Positions 9,234 to 17,429 of a stretch of DNA of 64,000 nucleotides are shown here, in pieces. The DNA lies in contig CBDFIJ010000004.1 in the NCBI GenBank assembly GCA_965248055.1, positions 2,752,001-2,816,000 of the forward strand, read 5' to 3'. The position numbers and the translations under genes are program-made. The notes below the pieces were generated by a model. It was given only the letters and a program-made list of their open reading frames with translations, was not told the origin of the DNA and did no database searches. Each line of letters opens with the position of its first letter. Positions within the stretch are counted from its first letter, which is position 1. This DNA comes from Candidatus Multivoradales bacterium. GTDB taxonomy: Bacteria > Acidobacteriota > Thermoanaerobaculia > Multivoradales > JAHEKO01.

Positions 9234-10317
9234 TGCATAAGTTCAGAAACAAATGGCACTCGTTCAATGAGGAGTGTCGATGAGCATGAGGTTGATCAGA
9301 GGGCGTTTTCAAGGCCTGGTACATCTTCGTCATCTAGGGGTATCTTGGGTCATGACCCAAGATAGCGCTGAGAAACGTATCCGCGCATTGAGATTCTGGC
9401 AGGAGCATGGGATCGATGCAGCGATCGATGCATTTTCGGTGAGCCGGAGGACTCTGTACCGCTGGAAGTCTCGTCTTGGTAGGTGCAAAGGAAAGCTAAG
9501 CTCTCTAAACCCTCAATCAACAGCTCCGAAGAAAAGAAGACGGCGCAAGTGGCCAGCTGAGGTGGTCTCTGAGATCCGTCGATTGCGAGTCAAAGAGCCC
9601 AATCTTGGCAAGGACAAGATCTATCCGCTGTTGAAACCCTGGTGTGAAGTAAGGGGAATTACCTGCCCCTCGGTGAGCACCATCGGCCGCATCATTGGCG
9701 ATGCTCCCGACAAGATGCGCTTGGTGCCTCAAAGGATTGATCGCCTAGGTCGAGTGAAAGCAAAACGAAAGCGTAAGCCTCGCAAACCTAAAGGAACCAA
9801 GGCATGCTCGCCTGGCCAGTGGGTGGCAGTAGATACCATCGAGCGATTCTGTGATGGCCAACGCCGGTACTTGATCACTCTGACCGATGCCGCCAGCAGC
9901 ATGAGTCTGGCAATAGCTACCAACTCCCACACCTCGAGCACGGCAGCGCGCTTTCTGGACCTGAGCCTTGATATCTTGCCATTTGCTGTTACTACCGTGC
10001 TCTCAGACAACGGTAGTGAGTTTCAAGGAGCCTTCGACAAGAAAGCTGCTGAGGCTGGAATCAAACGCTGGTACACCTACCCCAGGTGCCCGAAGATGAA
10101 CGCCCAAGCCGAGAGATTCAATCGAACCATCCAAGAGAAATTCGTTGACTACAACGAAGACTTGCTCTTCACTGACCTCCAAGCTTTCAACCAAAAACTC
10201 TTCGACTGGATGCTCTGGTTTAACGCCGAAAGGCCCCACTGGAGCCACGGACAAAGACCACCGCTACAATACGTAGCTGAACATACCGATCAGTGCCAAA
10301 TGTCATGGACGCATACA
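9234..10317 (+). mobile_element. IS481-like insertion sequence, copy 1 (1084 bp)
   Basis: Imperfect terminal IRs TGCATAAGTTCAGAAACAAATGGCACT / rc TGTATGCGTCCATGACATTTGGCACT; 5-bp TSD GGGTC (9229-9233, 10318-10322); near-identical copy at 36136-37219. Confidence 0.93.
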
Positions 10318-10332
10318 GGGTCTTGGCATTGA
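9280..10332 (+). CDS. DDE transposase (HTH + rve integrase core), IS481-like; stop codon lies outside the IS
   Basis: HTH VSRRTLYRWK; DDE triad VAVDT / LSDNGSEF / AERFNRTIQE; WFNAERPHWS. Confidence 0.93.
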   Translation: MSMRLIRGRFQGLVHLRHLGVSWVMTQDSAEKRIRALRFWQEHGIDAAIDAFSVSRRTLYRWKSRLGRCKGKLSSLNPQSTAPKKRRRRKWPAEVVSEIRRLRVKEPNLGKDKIYPLLKPWCEVRGITCPSVSTIGRIIGDAPDKMRLVPQRIDRLGRVKAKRKRKPRKPKGTKACSPGQWVAVDTIERFCDGQRRYLITLTDAASSMSLAIATNSHTSSTAARFLDLSLDILPFAVTTVLSDNGSEFQGAFDKKAAEAGIKRWYTYPRCPKMNAQAERFNRTIQEKFVDYNEDLLFTDLQAFNQKLFDWMLWFNAERPHWSHGQRPPLQYVAEHTDQCQMSWTHTGSWH

Positions 10333-10351
10333 GGCCATTGTTCACTAAAAT
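10323..10351 (+). promoter_or_regulatory. Sigma70 promoter of the rpmI-rplT-pheST operon
   Basis: TTGGCA (10323-10328), 17 bp, TAAAAT (10346-10351); ~47 bp before the rpmI ATG. Confidence 0.75.
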
Positions 10352-10398
10352 CTACTGTTCGACCCGTTCTCGGGTTGTTGAACTTGGAGACGAAGCAA

Positions 10399-10593
10399 AT
10401 GCCGAAACAGAAGACCCATCGTGGCGCCAAGAAGCGCTTCAAGCTTACCGGTACCGGGAAGGTGCGTCGTCGCCACTCGATGAAGAGTCATATCCTGACC
10501 AAGAAGTCCACCAAGCGGAAGCGCAAGCTCCGCAAGGACACCGCAGTGTCAGGAGCCTTCGCCAAGATCATTAGAAATATAATCGGCGGCTAG
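10399..10593 (+). CDS. rpmI: 50S ribosomal protein L35
   Basis: [22 protein letters not shown]...HILTKKS.KRKRKL; RBS GGAG. Confidence 0.97.
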   Translation: MPKQKTHRGAKKRFKLTGTGKVRRRHSMKSHILTKKSTKRKRKLRKDTAVSGAFAKIIRNIIGG

Positions 10594-10668
10594 ACCCCAG
10601 ATCAGGGTTTGGCGGAGGAACCGTCCGCTTAAGCTGCAACATATCAACCAAACTAACGGGGTTCATCA

Positions 10669-11034
10669 ATGAGAGTAAAACGCGGAACTAATCGCGCCCA
10701 GCGGCGCAAGAAGATTCTCAAGCAGGCGAAAGGCTTCTATGGCCGCAAGTCCAAGGCCCATCGGGTAGCCAAGGAGGCGGTGGACCGCGCTGGTTCATTC
10801 GCCTATCGCGACCGGCGCAACAAGAAGCGTGATTTTCGACGGCTGTGGATCGTTCGCATCAACGCTGCCGCTCGTCAGAATGGCCTTTCCTACAATCGAC
10901 TGATCTTTGGCTTGAACCAAGCTGGCTGTGAAGTTGACCGCAAAGTGATGGCGGACCTTGCGGTGCGAGACCCGCAGGCATTCGCCCAATTGGCGGAAAC
11001 GGCCAAGAACGCAATCGAAGCCGCCGGTAACTGA
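10669..11034 (+). CDS. rplT: 50S ribosomal protein L20
   Basis: MRVKRG...AKGFYG...[23 protein letters not shown]...DRKVMADLA. Confidence 0.98.
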   Translation: MRVKRGTNRAQRRKKILKQAKGFYGRKSKAHRVAKEAVDRAGSFAYRDRRNKKRDFRRLWIVRINAAARQNGLSYNRLIFGLNQAGCEVDRKVMADLAVRDPQAFAQLAETAKNAIEAAGN

Positions 11035-11046
11035 CCGGTCCTTCCG

Positions 11047-12081
11047 ATGTGTCCTTCGGCTACCAGCCTTGAGGCGGTTGCCGAACACCGCCAACGGTTC
11101 GACAACCAGCTTTCCGAAACCCGCGATCACGCGGCCTGGGACGCTTTGCGTCTGGAATGGTTGGGTCGCAAACGGGGCATTGTGCGCGATCTCTTGGCTG
11201 GTATTGGTGCGGTCGAGGCCCAAGAACGCAAGCAATTTGGCCAAGTGGTCAACCAGCTGCGGCAGCACGTTGAAAGCAGCCTGAAAGCTCTGAGTGTGCA
11301 ACTGGCCGACAACGTCGGCTATCCAGAGCCGAGCTTAGATGTAACGCTACCTGGACGGTTGACTTCGGTGGGCGCGATCCATCCGGTCTATCGGGTGATT
11401 GATGAAATCGTAGAAATCTTTGAGTCCCTAGGCTACAGCGTTGCTGAAGGTCCAGAGATTGAAGACGATTACCATAACTTCGCTGCGCTCAACTTTCCTG
11501 CGGACCATCCGGCGCGCGATGAGCAGGACACGCTGTTCACCCGAGACGGACGCTTATTGCGTACCCACACCTCACCCGTGCAGATACGCACCATGGCTTC
11601 GAGAAAGCCGCCGATTCGTATCGTCTGCCCGGGTCGGGTCTATCGCAACGACAACGACTTGCGGCATTCGCCGATGTTTCATCAAGTTGAGTGTCTAACC
11701 GTTGCTGAAGGGATCACCGTGGGAGATCTCAAGGGCACTTTGGAGTATTTCCTCAAACGGTTGTTTTCTGCTGACACTGGGGTTCGCTTTCGCCCCAGCT
11801 ACTTTCCGTTTACCGAGCCGTCGGCGGAAGTCGACATAACTTGTCCTTTCTGCCAAGGGAGCGGTTGTTCGACCTGCTCCAAGAGCGGTTGGATGGAGAT
11901 TCTGGGTTCGGGGATGGTCGATCCTCGAGTGCTCGCAGGACAGGGGATCGATCCGGATCGCTACTCAGGCTTCGCCTTTGGCCTCGGGGTCGATCGGGTG
12001 GCGATGATTCGCTACGGTATCCCCAACATTCGCCATCTGTTTGAAAATGATATGCGCCTGCTGCGCCAGGTGAACGCCTGA
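11047..12081 (+). CDS. pheS: Phenylalanine--tRNA ligase alpha subunit
   Basis: HPARD.QDT, LLRTHTSPVQIR, HSPMFHQVE, RPSYFPFTEPS.EVD, GFAFGLG.DR. Confidence 0.98.
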   Translation: MCPSATSLEAVAEHRQRFDNQLSETRDHAAWDALRLEWLGRKRGIVRDLLAGIGAVEAQERKQFGQVVNQLRQHVESSLKALSVQLADNVGYPEPSLDVTLPGRLTSVGAIHPVYRVIDEIVEIFESLGYSVAEGPEIEDDYHNFAALNFPADHPARDEQDTLFTRDGRLLRTHTSPVQIRTMASRKPPIRIVCPGRVYRNDNDLRHSPMFHQVECLTVAEGITVGDLKGTLEYFLKRLFSADTGVRFRPSYFPFTEPSAEVDITCPFCQGSGCSTCSKSGWMEILGSGMVDPRVLAGQGIDPDRYSGFAFGLGVDRVAMIRYGIPNIRHLFENDMRLLRQVNA

Positions 12082-14153
12082 TGCTGTTTTCTCGCAATTG
12101 GCTCGGCGAGTATGTTGAGCTTCCCGAGATTGACGACCTCGCGGCAGGGCTGACCGCCGTCGGCTTGGCGGTGGAAGGGGTGACCGATCGAGACGGCGAC
12201 GCGATCCTGGACGTCGAGGTGACCCCCAACCGGACCGATTGCATGAACCACCTAGGCTTGGCTCGTGAAGTGGCGGTCAAGTTTGGGCAAAAATTGAACA
12301 CACCGAAGATTTCGGGCGCTGATTCTGAGAACTCCGGAAAGAGTGGAACTGGGGTGACGGTGTCGATTGCCGACTTCGCCGACTGTCCGCGATACACCGC
12401 GGTGGCAGTGGACGGGGTGCAGGTTGGCCCCAGCCCGCCGTGGTTGGTGGAGCGGTTGGAGTCGATTGGGCTGCGATCGATCAACAACATTGTGGACGTC
12501 ACCAATTTTGTCCTCTGGGAATGCGGCCAGCCGCTGCACGCTTTTGACTTGGAGACCTTCACTTCGACGGAGATTGGCGTCCGTCGCGCCCGCTCTGGTG
12601 AAATCTTGACGACCCTCGATGGCGTGGAGCGGAGGCTGTCTGCAGAGATTTTGGTGATTGCCGATGGCGAGCGAGCCATCGCCCTGGCGGGAATCATGGG
12701 TGGTGCAGAGACCGAGGTCACGGATAGGACGACGGCCATACTGCTCGAGAGTGCCCACTTTGCTCCCTCCGTGGTGCGTCGGGGCGCCAACCAACTGGCG
12801 ATGCACACCGACGCCAGTCATCGATTCGAACGGGGAACCGATCCGCAAGCCTGCGCCGATGCTGCTTTGCGCGCCGCTCATCTAATCGCCGAACTCGCCG
12901 GAGGCACGGTGCGACCGGGAGTTGTTGACGCCTACGACTCGGAGCAAGCGTGGCATTCGTATGCCGATCTGGATCTAGCCAAACTGGAAAAATTTGGCGG
13001 TGTCCGTGTCAGTCCTGAGCAGGCGACGGGTATTCTGGAAGGGCTGGGATACCGCGTGCAGCAAAAGGATCCGGGGCCATGGCGAGTCACGGTTCCCAGC
13101 TGGCGTTTCTACGATCGAGAGGCGTTCAAGGTTGAGGGGCCGGAGCCCGAGGTTTGGCCGGCGGACATCTATGAAGAGGTGCTGCGGGTAGTGGGCCTGG
13201 ACCAGATCCCGGCGACCTTGCCTGCGGTCAGCCAACCGGATACCAAGGTGGATCGAGGATTCGCCATCTCGGGCCGGCTGCGCCGACAGCTGGCGGGTCG
13301 AGGATTGGTGGAAGCGGTCTCTTACTCCTTTGAGTCGGAGCAAGAGAGTGGCTCCTTTGGGTCTTTGTTTAAGTCCGAGACCGCAGTCGAGGTGCGCAAT
13401 CCGGTTTCCGAAAGCTTTCGCTGGATGCGCCGGTCGATTCTTCCGGGCTTGGTGGAGGCGGCGCGCTTCAACCAGCGTCGATCCGCTGACGCTATCGAAC
13501 TGTTCGAGTTGGGCCGGGTCTTTGTCGCCGATCAATCCGAGTGCGACACCTTGGGGGTCGTGGTCGGTGGAGCGGTGCCGACGCCCTGGGATAACGCTCA
13601 GAGTTGGGATTTTTTCGCCCTCAAAGGGGTTGTCGAATCGGTGATGGCAGCGGGACAGGGATCTGATTTGCGTTTTGAGTCAGCCTCGCTGAACGGATTT
13701 TGCGAGGGACGTTGCGCGGTGATCGTTGACCGTCAGGGAAACAAGGTCGGCCAGATCGGTGAGATTGAAGATACCGACCTCGCTTTTCCGTTGTTTGCCG
13801 TGGAGTTGGCGGTTGAGGCGATCGGTGAGCCGACGGCTGTAGCGGTACGACCTCCTTCGCGACATCCAGAGGTGACGGCGGATATCACCCTGACCCATGG
13901 CGACCTGTTGCCGTGGTCCGAGATCGAGCGGGTGGTGCAAGCCTGCCGTGCTCCAGAGTTGGTTGAGTTCGGGCTCAAGGATCGCTACCAGGGAGAAGGA
14001 GTGCCCGACGGCGCGACCAACACCACAATTTGGTTTCGCTACAATTCCGACCAACGGTCTTTGACCCAGGATGAAGTCAACAGTTTTCAACAAGTGACGA
14101 GCCACAAGCTTAGGGAGGAACTCGGATGGCCAGCAGCGAAAGCAAACAACTAG
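12081..14153 (+). CDS. pheT: Phenylalanine--tRNA ligase beta subunit (short, 690 aa)
   Basis: VTPNR.DC...G.ARE, INNIVDVTNFV..E.GQPLHAFD, TDASHRFERG.D, C-terminal RSLTQDEVN; no OB-fold B2 insert. Confidence 0.95.
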   Translation: MLFSRNWLGEYVELPEIDDLAAGLTAVGLAVEGVTDRDGDAILDVEVTPNRTDCMNHLGLAREVAVKFGQKLNTPKISGADSENSGKSGTGVTVSIADFADCPRYTAVAVDGVQVGPSPPWLVERLESIGLRSINNIVDVTNFVLWECGQPLHAFDLETFTSTEIGVRRARSGEILTTLDGVERRLSAEILVIADGERAIALAGIMGGAETEVTDRTTAILLESAHFAPSVVRRGANQLAMHTDASHRFERGTDPQACADAALRAAHLIAELAGGTVRPGVVDAYDSEQAWHSYADLDLAKLEKFGGVRVSPEQATGILEGLGYRVQQKDPGPWRVTVPSWRFYDREAFKVEGPEPEVWPADIYEEVLRVVGLDQIPATLPAVSQPDTKVDRGFAISGRLRRQLAGRGLVEAVSYSFESEQESGSFGSLFKSETAVEVRNPVSESFRWMRRSILPGLVEAARFNQRRSADAIELFELGRVFVADQSECDTLGVVVGGAVPTPWDNAQSWDFFALKGVVESVMAAGQGSDLRFESASLNGFCEGRCAVIVDRQGNKVGQIGEIEDTDLAFPLFAVELAVEAIGEPTAVAVRPPSRHPEVTADITLTHGDLLPWSEIERVVQACRAPELVEFGLKDRYQGEGVPDGATNTTIWFRYNSDQRSLTQDEVNSFQQVTSHKLREELGWPAAKANN

Positions 14154-14359
14154 CCGAACTAGAACGCTTGGTCGAACGAGCGAAAGACCGCATCACCGCG
14201 TTGACTGCGGAAAATTCCGACTTGCGTGGCCAGCTCGATCAAGCGGAAGCCAGTGGAAAAAGCTGTGAGCAGACTTGGCTCACACAGCGGCAAGAAGTCG
14301 AGAGCAAATTGGAAGATTTGGTTGCCCGATTGTCGACGGTCTTAGACCAAGCGGACTGA
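14126..14359 (+). CDS. Coiled-coil ZapB-like cell division protein
   Basis: 77-aa heptad pattern (LERLVERA..RI..L..EN..LR.QL); conserved position between pheT and zapA; RBS GGAGG. Confidence 0.7.
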   Translation: MASSESKQLAELERLVERAKDRITALTAENSDLRGQLDQAEASGKSCEQTWLTQRQEVESKLEDLVARLSTVLDQAD

Positions 14360-14475
14360 TAGCTCCCAGACCAATCGCCTTTTCTTTAGGGTCTTCAGAG
14401 GGCCTCAACCGCAATTCTGCTCTGCTATAGTGCCGAAGGAACCTGGCCTTGTGGTTAGGGGACACTGAGGTGAGA

Positions 14476-14775
14476 ATGACGACCAAAGTGACTACTTCGA
14501 CCGAGGTTGAAATCTTTGGTGGAGTGTATCCAGTGCGCGGCGAAGGTGGAGCAGACGAGCTACACAAACTGGCACGCGTGGTTGATGAGAAAATGCGCGA
14601 AATATCGCGTCACATATCAACTCGGGATACCGCAAAAGTAGCTATTTTGACAGCACTCAATTTGGCCGACGAACTCATCCGACTAAGAAACGAACTGGAA
14701 GGGGAACGGACCGAAGTGCGAGACCGGATCGCGGGCCTCTCGGAAAAACTTGAACAGGCTTTGCAGTCACCGTGA
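14476..14775 (+). CDS. zapA: Cell division protein ZapA
   Basis: VEIFG..YPVRG, LARVVDEKMREI, KVAILTALNLADEL. Confidence 0.93.
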   Translation: MTTKVTTSTEVEIFGGVYPVRGEGGADELHKLARVVDEKMREISRHISTRDTAKVAILTALNLADELIRLRNELEGERTEVRDRIAGLSEKLEQALQSP

Positions 14776-14797
14776 TCTATCTCGAGGAAACAAAAAT

Positions 14798-14983
14798 TGC
14801 ATCCCCTGCGGGGTTCGTGTTGGGACAGTCAGTTGTAGAACCAACGTCTTTTTATAGGGAGTCTTTATTCCATCGGACCTGTGCCAGCCTCGCATGACGA
14901 GGACGCTAACGGACGTGGAGCGGACACCCACCTGGTGAGAAGCAGGTTCTAACCCGACGCCCACACAGCCCCCGGGGGGTGCG
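14798..14983 (+). ncRNA. ssrS: 6S RNA
   Basis: Between zapA and rny (classic position). Complementary ends TGCATCCCCTGCGGGGTTCGTGT / ACACAGCCCCCGGGGGGTGCG; internal GAACC...GGGAG and CCCACCTG...GGTTC motifs. Confidence 0.88.
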
Positions 14984-15036
14984 CTCCTCGACTCTCAGAT
15001 TTCGCGTTGCCTCCTCTTCGATGAAGGGGTGCTCCA

Positions 15037-16599
15037 ATGACGACCAGCAGCGTGATAATCATCGCGGCTCTCGCGGTGGTTTTATTTGCAGTTATTTACT
15101 GGCTTATGGGCCGTCGCTCGGCAGCCGCCTCGCTAGCCCGGGCGGAGAAAGAAGCGGCACAGATTGTCGATGCGGCCAAGCGAGAAGGAGCGTCGAAACT
15201 GCGCGAAGCGGAGGTGAGCGCCAAAGAAAAACTCCTCCAAGCGCGCAGTGAGTTCGAGAAGGTTGCCCATCAACAACGGTCCGAATACGAAAAATGGGAA
15301 CGCCGGTTGTCGAAGCGCGAAGCCGGACTCGACCGTAGATTTGAGGAACTCAAGCACAAGCGCAACGAGGTCCAAGGTCGAGAACGGACGCTGCAACAGC
15401 GAGAAGAGAAGAGTGAACTGCGAGCCGTCGAACTGGATCAGTTGATCGCCGAAGAACGGGAACACTTGGAGAAGATTTCTGGGCTCACCGAGCAGCAAGC
15501 ACGCCACGAACTGACTCGATTGATTGAGGACAACACCCGGTTGGAGGCGGCGCACTTGGTCAAGAGGATTGAGGACGAGGCCCGGGAGAAGGCGAACCAC
15601 GAAGCACAGAGAATCATCAGCATGGCGGTCCAGCGGTCGGCCTCAGACTACGTTTCTGAGACTACGGTGTCGGTGGTGATGCTGCCTTCTGATGAGATGA
15701 AGGGCCGGATTATTGGAAGGGAAGGCCGCAATATTCGTGCATTGGAGATGGCAACCGGGGTCGACTTGATTGTTGACGACACCCCTGAAGCGGTGATCGT
15801 TTCGGGCTTTGATCCGTTTCGGCGAGAGATCGCGCGCGTCTCCTTAGAAAAACTGGTTAAGGACGGTCGCATCCATCCGGCCAGGATCGAAGAGGTAGTG
15901 GAGAAAGTCAAGGCTGACTTTGAGCGCAAGATTCAAGACGAAGGGAACGAGGCTCTGTTGGAACTCAACATCCCCAGCGTCCATCCCGAACTGGTCAAAA
16001 TCCTTGGGCGACTACGTTATCGGACTTCCTATGGACAAAACGTCCTGCAGCACAGCAAGGAAGTCGCGTTCTTGGCCGCCACCATGGCATCTGAGCTCAA
16101 GAGCAATGTTGCGGTCGCCAAGCGCGCTGGATTGTTCCACGACATTGGCAAGGCGGTCGACCGAGAAATGGAAGGCAGTCATGTTGAGATCGGTATCGAT
16201 TTGCTGCGCCGCTACGGAGAGACCGAGGAAATTATCCATGGCATGGCTTGTCACCACGGCGACTATGATCCTGAGACCGTCGAAGCGGTGTTGGTCACTG
16301 CAGCGGACGCCCTTTCTGCCGCCCGCCCCGGAGCCCGCCGAGAAGTCTTGGAGTCGTACATCAAGCGTCTGGAGAAGTTGGAGGAGTTGGCCTCGGGCTT
16401 CAAGGGCGTCCAGAAGTGCTTTGCGATTCAGGCTGGCCGGGAGATCCGCGTGATCGTCGATGCCAACCGCCTGAGCGATGAGAAATCGCTTTGGTTGTCG
16501 AAGGACTTGGCGGCCAAGATCGAGTCGGAATTGATCTACCCTGGTCAGATTAAGGTAACGGTGATCCGCGAGACCCGTTCGGTGGAGTTTGCCAAATGA
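15037..16599 (+). CDS. rny: Ribonuclease Y
   Basis: N-terminal TM + coiled coil; KH MKGRIIGREGRNIR; HD HDIGKA; ADALSAARPGARRE; YPGQIKVTVIRE. Confidence 0.98.
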   Translation: MTTSSVIIIAALAVVLFAVIYWLMGRRSAAASLARAEKEAAQIVDAAKREGASKLREAEVSAKEKLLQARSEFEKVAHQQRSEYEKWERRLSKREAGLDRRFEELKHKRNEVQGRERTLQQREEKSELRAVELDQLIAEEREHLEKISGLTEQQARHELTRLIEDNTRLEAAHLVKRIEDEAREKANHEAQRIISMAVQRSASDYVSETTVSVVMLPSDEMKGRIIGREGRNIRALEMATGVDLIVDDTPEAVIVSGFDPFRREIARVSLEKLVKDGRIHPARIEEVVEKVKADFERKIQDEGNEALLELNIPSVHPELVKILGRLRYRTSYGQNVLQHSKEVAFLAATMASELKSNVAVAKRAGLFHDIGKAVDREMEGSHVEIGIDLLRRYGETEEIIHGMACHHGDYDPETVEAVLVTAADALSAARPGARREVLESYIKRLEKLEELASGFKGVQKCFAIQAGREIRVIVDANRLSDEKSLWLSKDLAAKIESELIYPGQIKVTVIRETRSVEFAK

Positions 16600-17429
16600 A
16601 ACTGCTATTCGTTGGCGATGTAGTAGGCAAGCCGGGTCGCCGTATTTTGGCGGCTCATTTGGACCAGTTGGTGGATGTTCACCACATTGACTTTACGATC
16701 GTGAACATTGAAAACGCGGCCGGCGGATTCGGTGTCACTCGGGATGTCTTTGCCTCATTCTCGGATCTGCCGATTGACTGTTACACCACTGGGAACCACG
16801 TTTGGGACAAACGTGAGGTCGATGGATTGCTAGAGCAACACGAGAATCTGCTTCGACCGGCGAACTATCCTGCTGGAACTGGCGGCGGATCCTTCGCCGC
16901 CACCAACGAACAGCGAAGAGTGCCTGGTGCCCGGAGCTACGTTGGTGCCAGTGCCTCTGGGGTTCCGGTCGCGGTGATCAATCTGGAGGGTCGGGTATTT
17001 ATGAAGGACTTGGACTCACCGTTTCTGGTTGCCGACGAGTTAGTTGCCGAGGTGTCGCGTCAAGCCAAGGTGATTTTTGTCGATATTCACGCCGAGGCCA
17101 CCAGCGAAAAGCAGGCGCTCGGTTTCTATTTGGATGGTCGGGTCTCGGCAGTGGTCGGAACCCACACCCATGTTCCCACCGCTGATGAACGCATCCTGCC
17201 CAATGGCACCGCGTTTCAGACAGACTGTGGGATGACCGGACCCTACGAGTCGGTGATTGGCATGCGCGCAGATCGGGTGATCGAGCGATTTTTGGTCCAG
17301 CGGCCAAGGCCGTTCGAGGTCGCCAAGCGCGACGCCCGTCTCGCGGCGGTGATCATCGATGTCGATGAACAGACTGGCCGCAGCCGAGACATTCAACGCT
17401 TATTGATTCAAGCCAGTCCAACTAGTTGA
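16596..17429 (+). CDS. ymdB: TIGR00282/YmdB metallophosphoesterase
   Basis: GDVVGKPGR, ENAAGGFG, TGNHVWD, HAEATSEK, GTHTHVPTAD, GMTGP; directly follows rny. Confidence 0.95.
   Translation: MKLLFVGDVVGKPGRRILAAHLDQLVDVHHIDFTIVNIENAAGGFGVTRDVFASFSDLPIDCYTTGNHVWDKREVDGLLEQHENLLRPANYPAGTGGGSFAATNEQRRVPGARSYVGASASGVPVAVINLEGRVFMKDLDSPFLVADELVAEVSRQAKVIFVDIHAEATSEKQALGFYLDGRVSAVVGTHTHVPTADERILPNGTAFQTDCGMTGPYESVIGMRADRVIERFLVQRPRPFEVAKRDARLAAVIIDVDEQTGRSRDIQRLLIQASPTS

Noticed and set aside
9229-9234. 6-bp TSD reading (GGGTCT / GCCTCT)
   Set aside because: It would remove the terminal T from the left end and break the TG...CA symmetry. The extra T match is explained by the first T of the -35 box. 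More copies are needed to settle it formally.
9119-10398. Idea that the IS disrupted or deleted infC
   Set aside because: TSDs are intact and neither flank shows IF3-like coding sequence.
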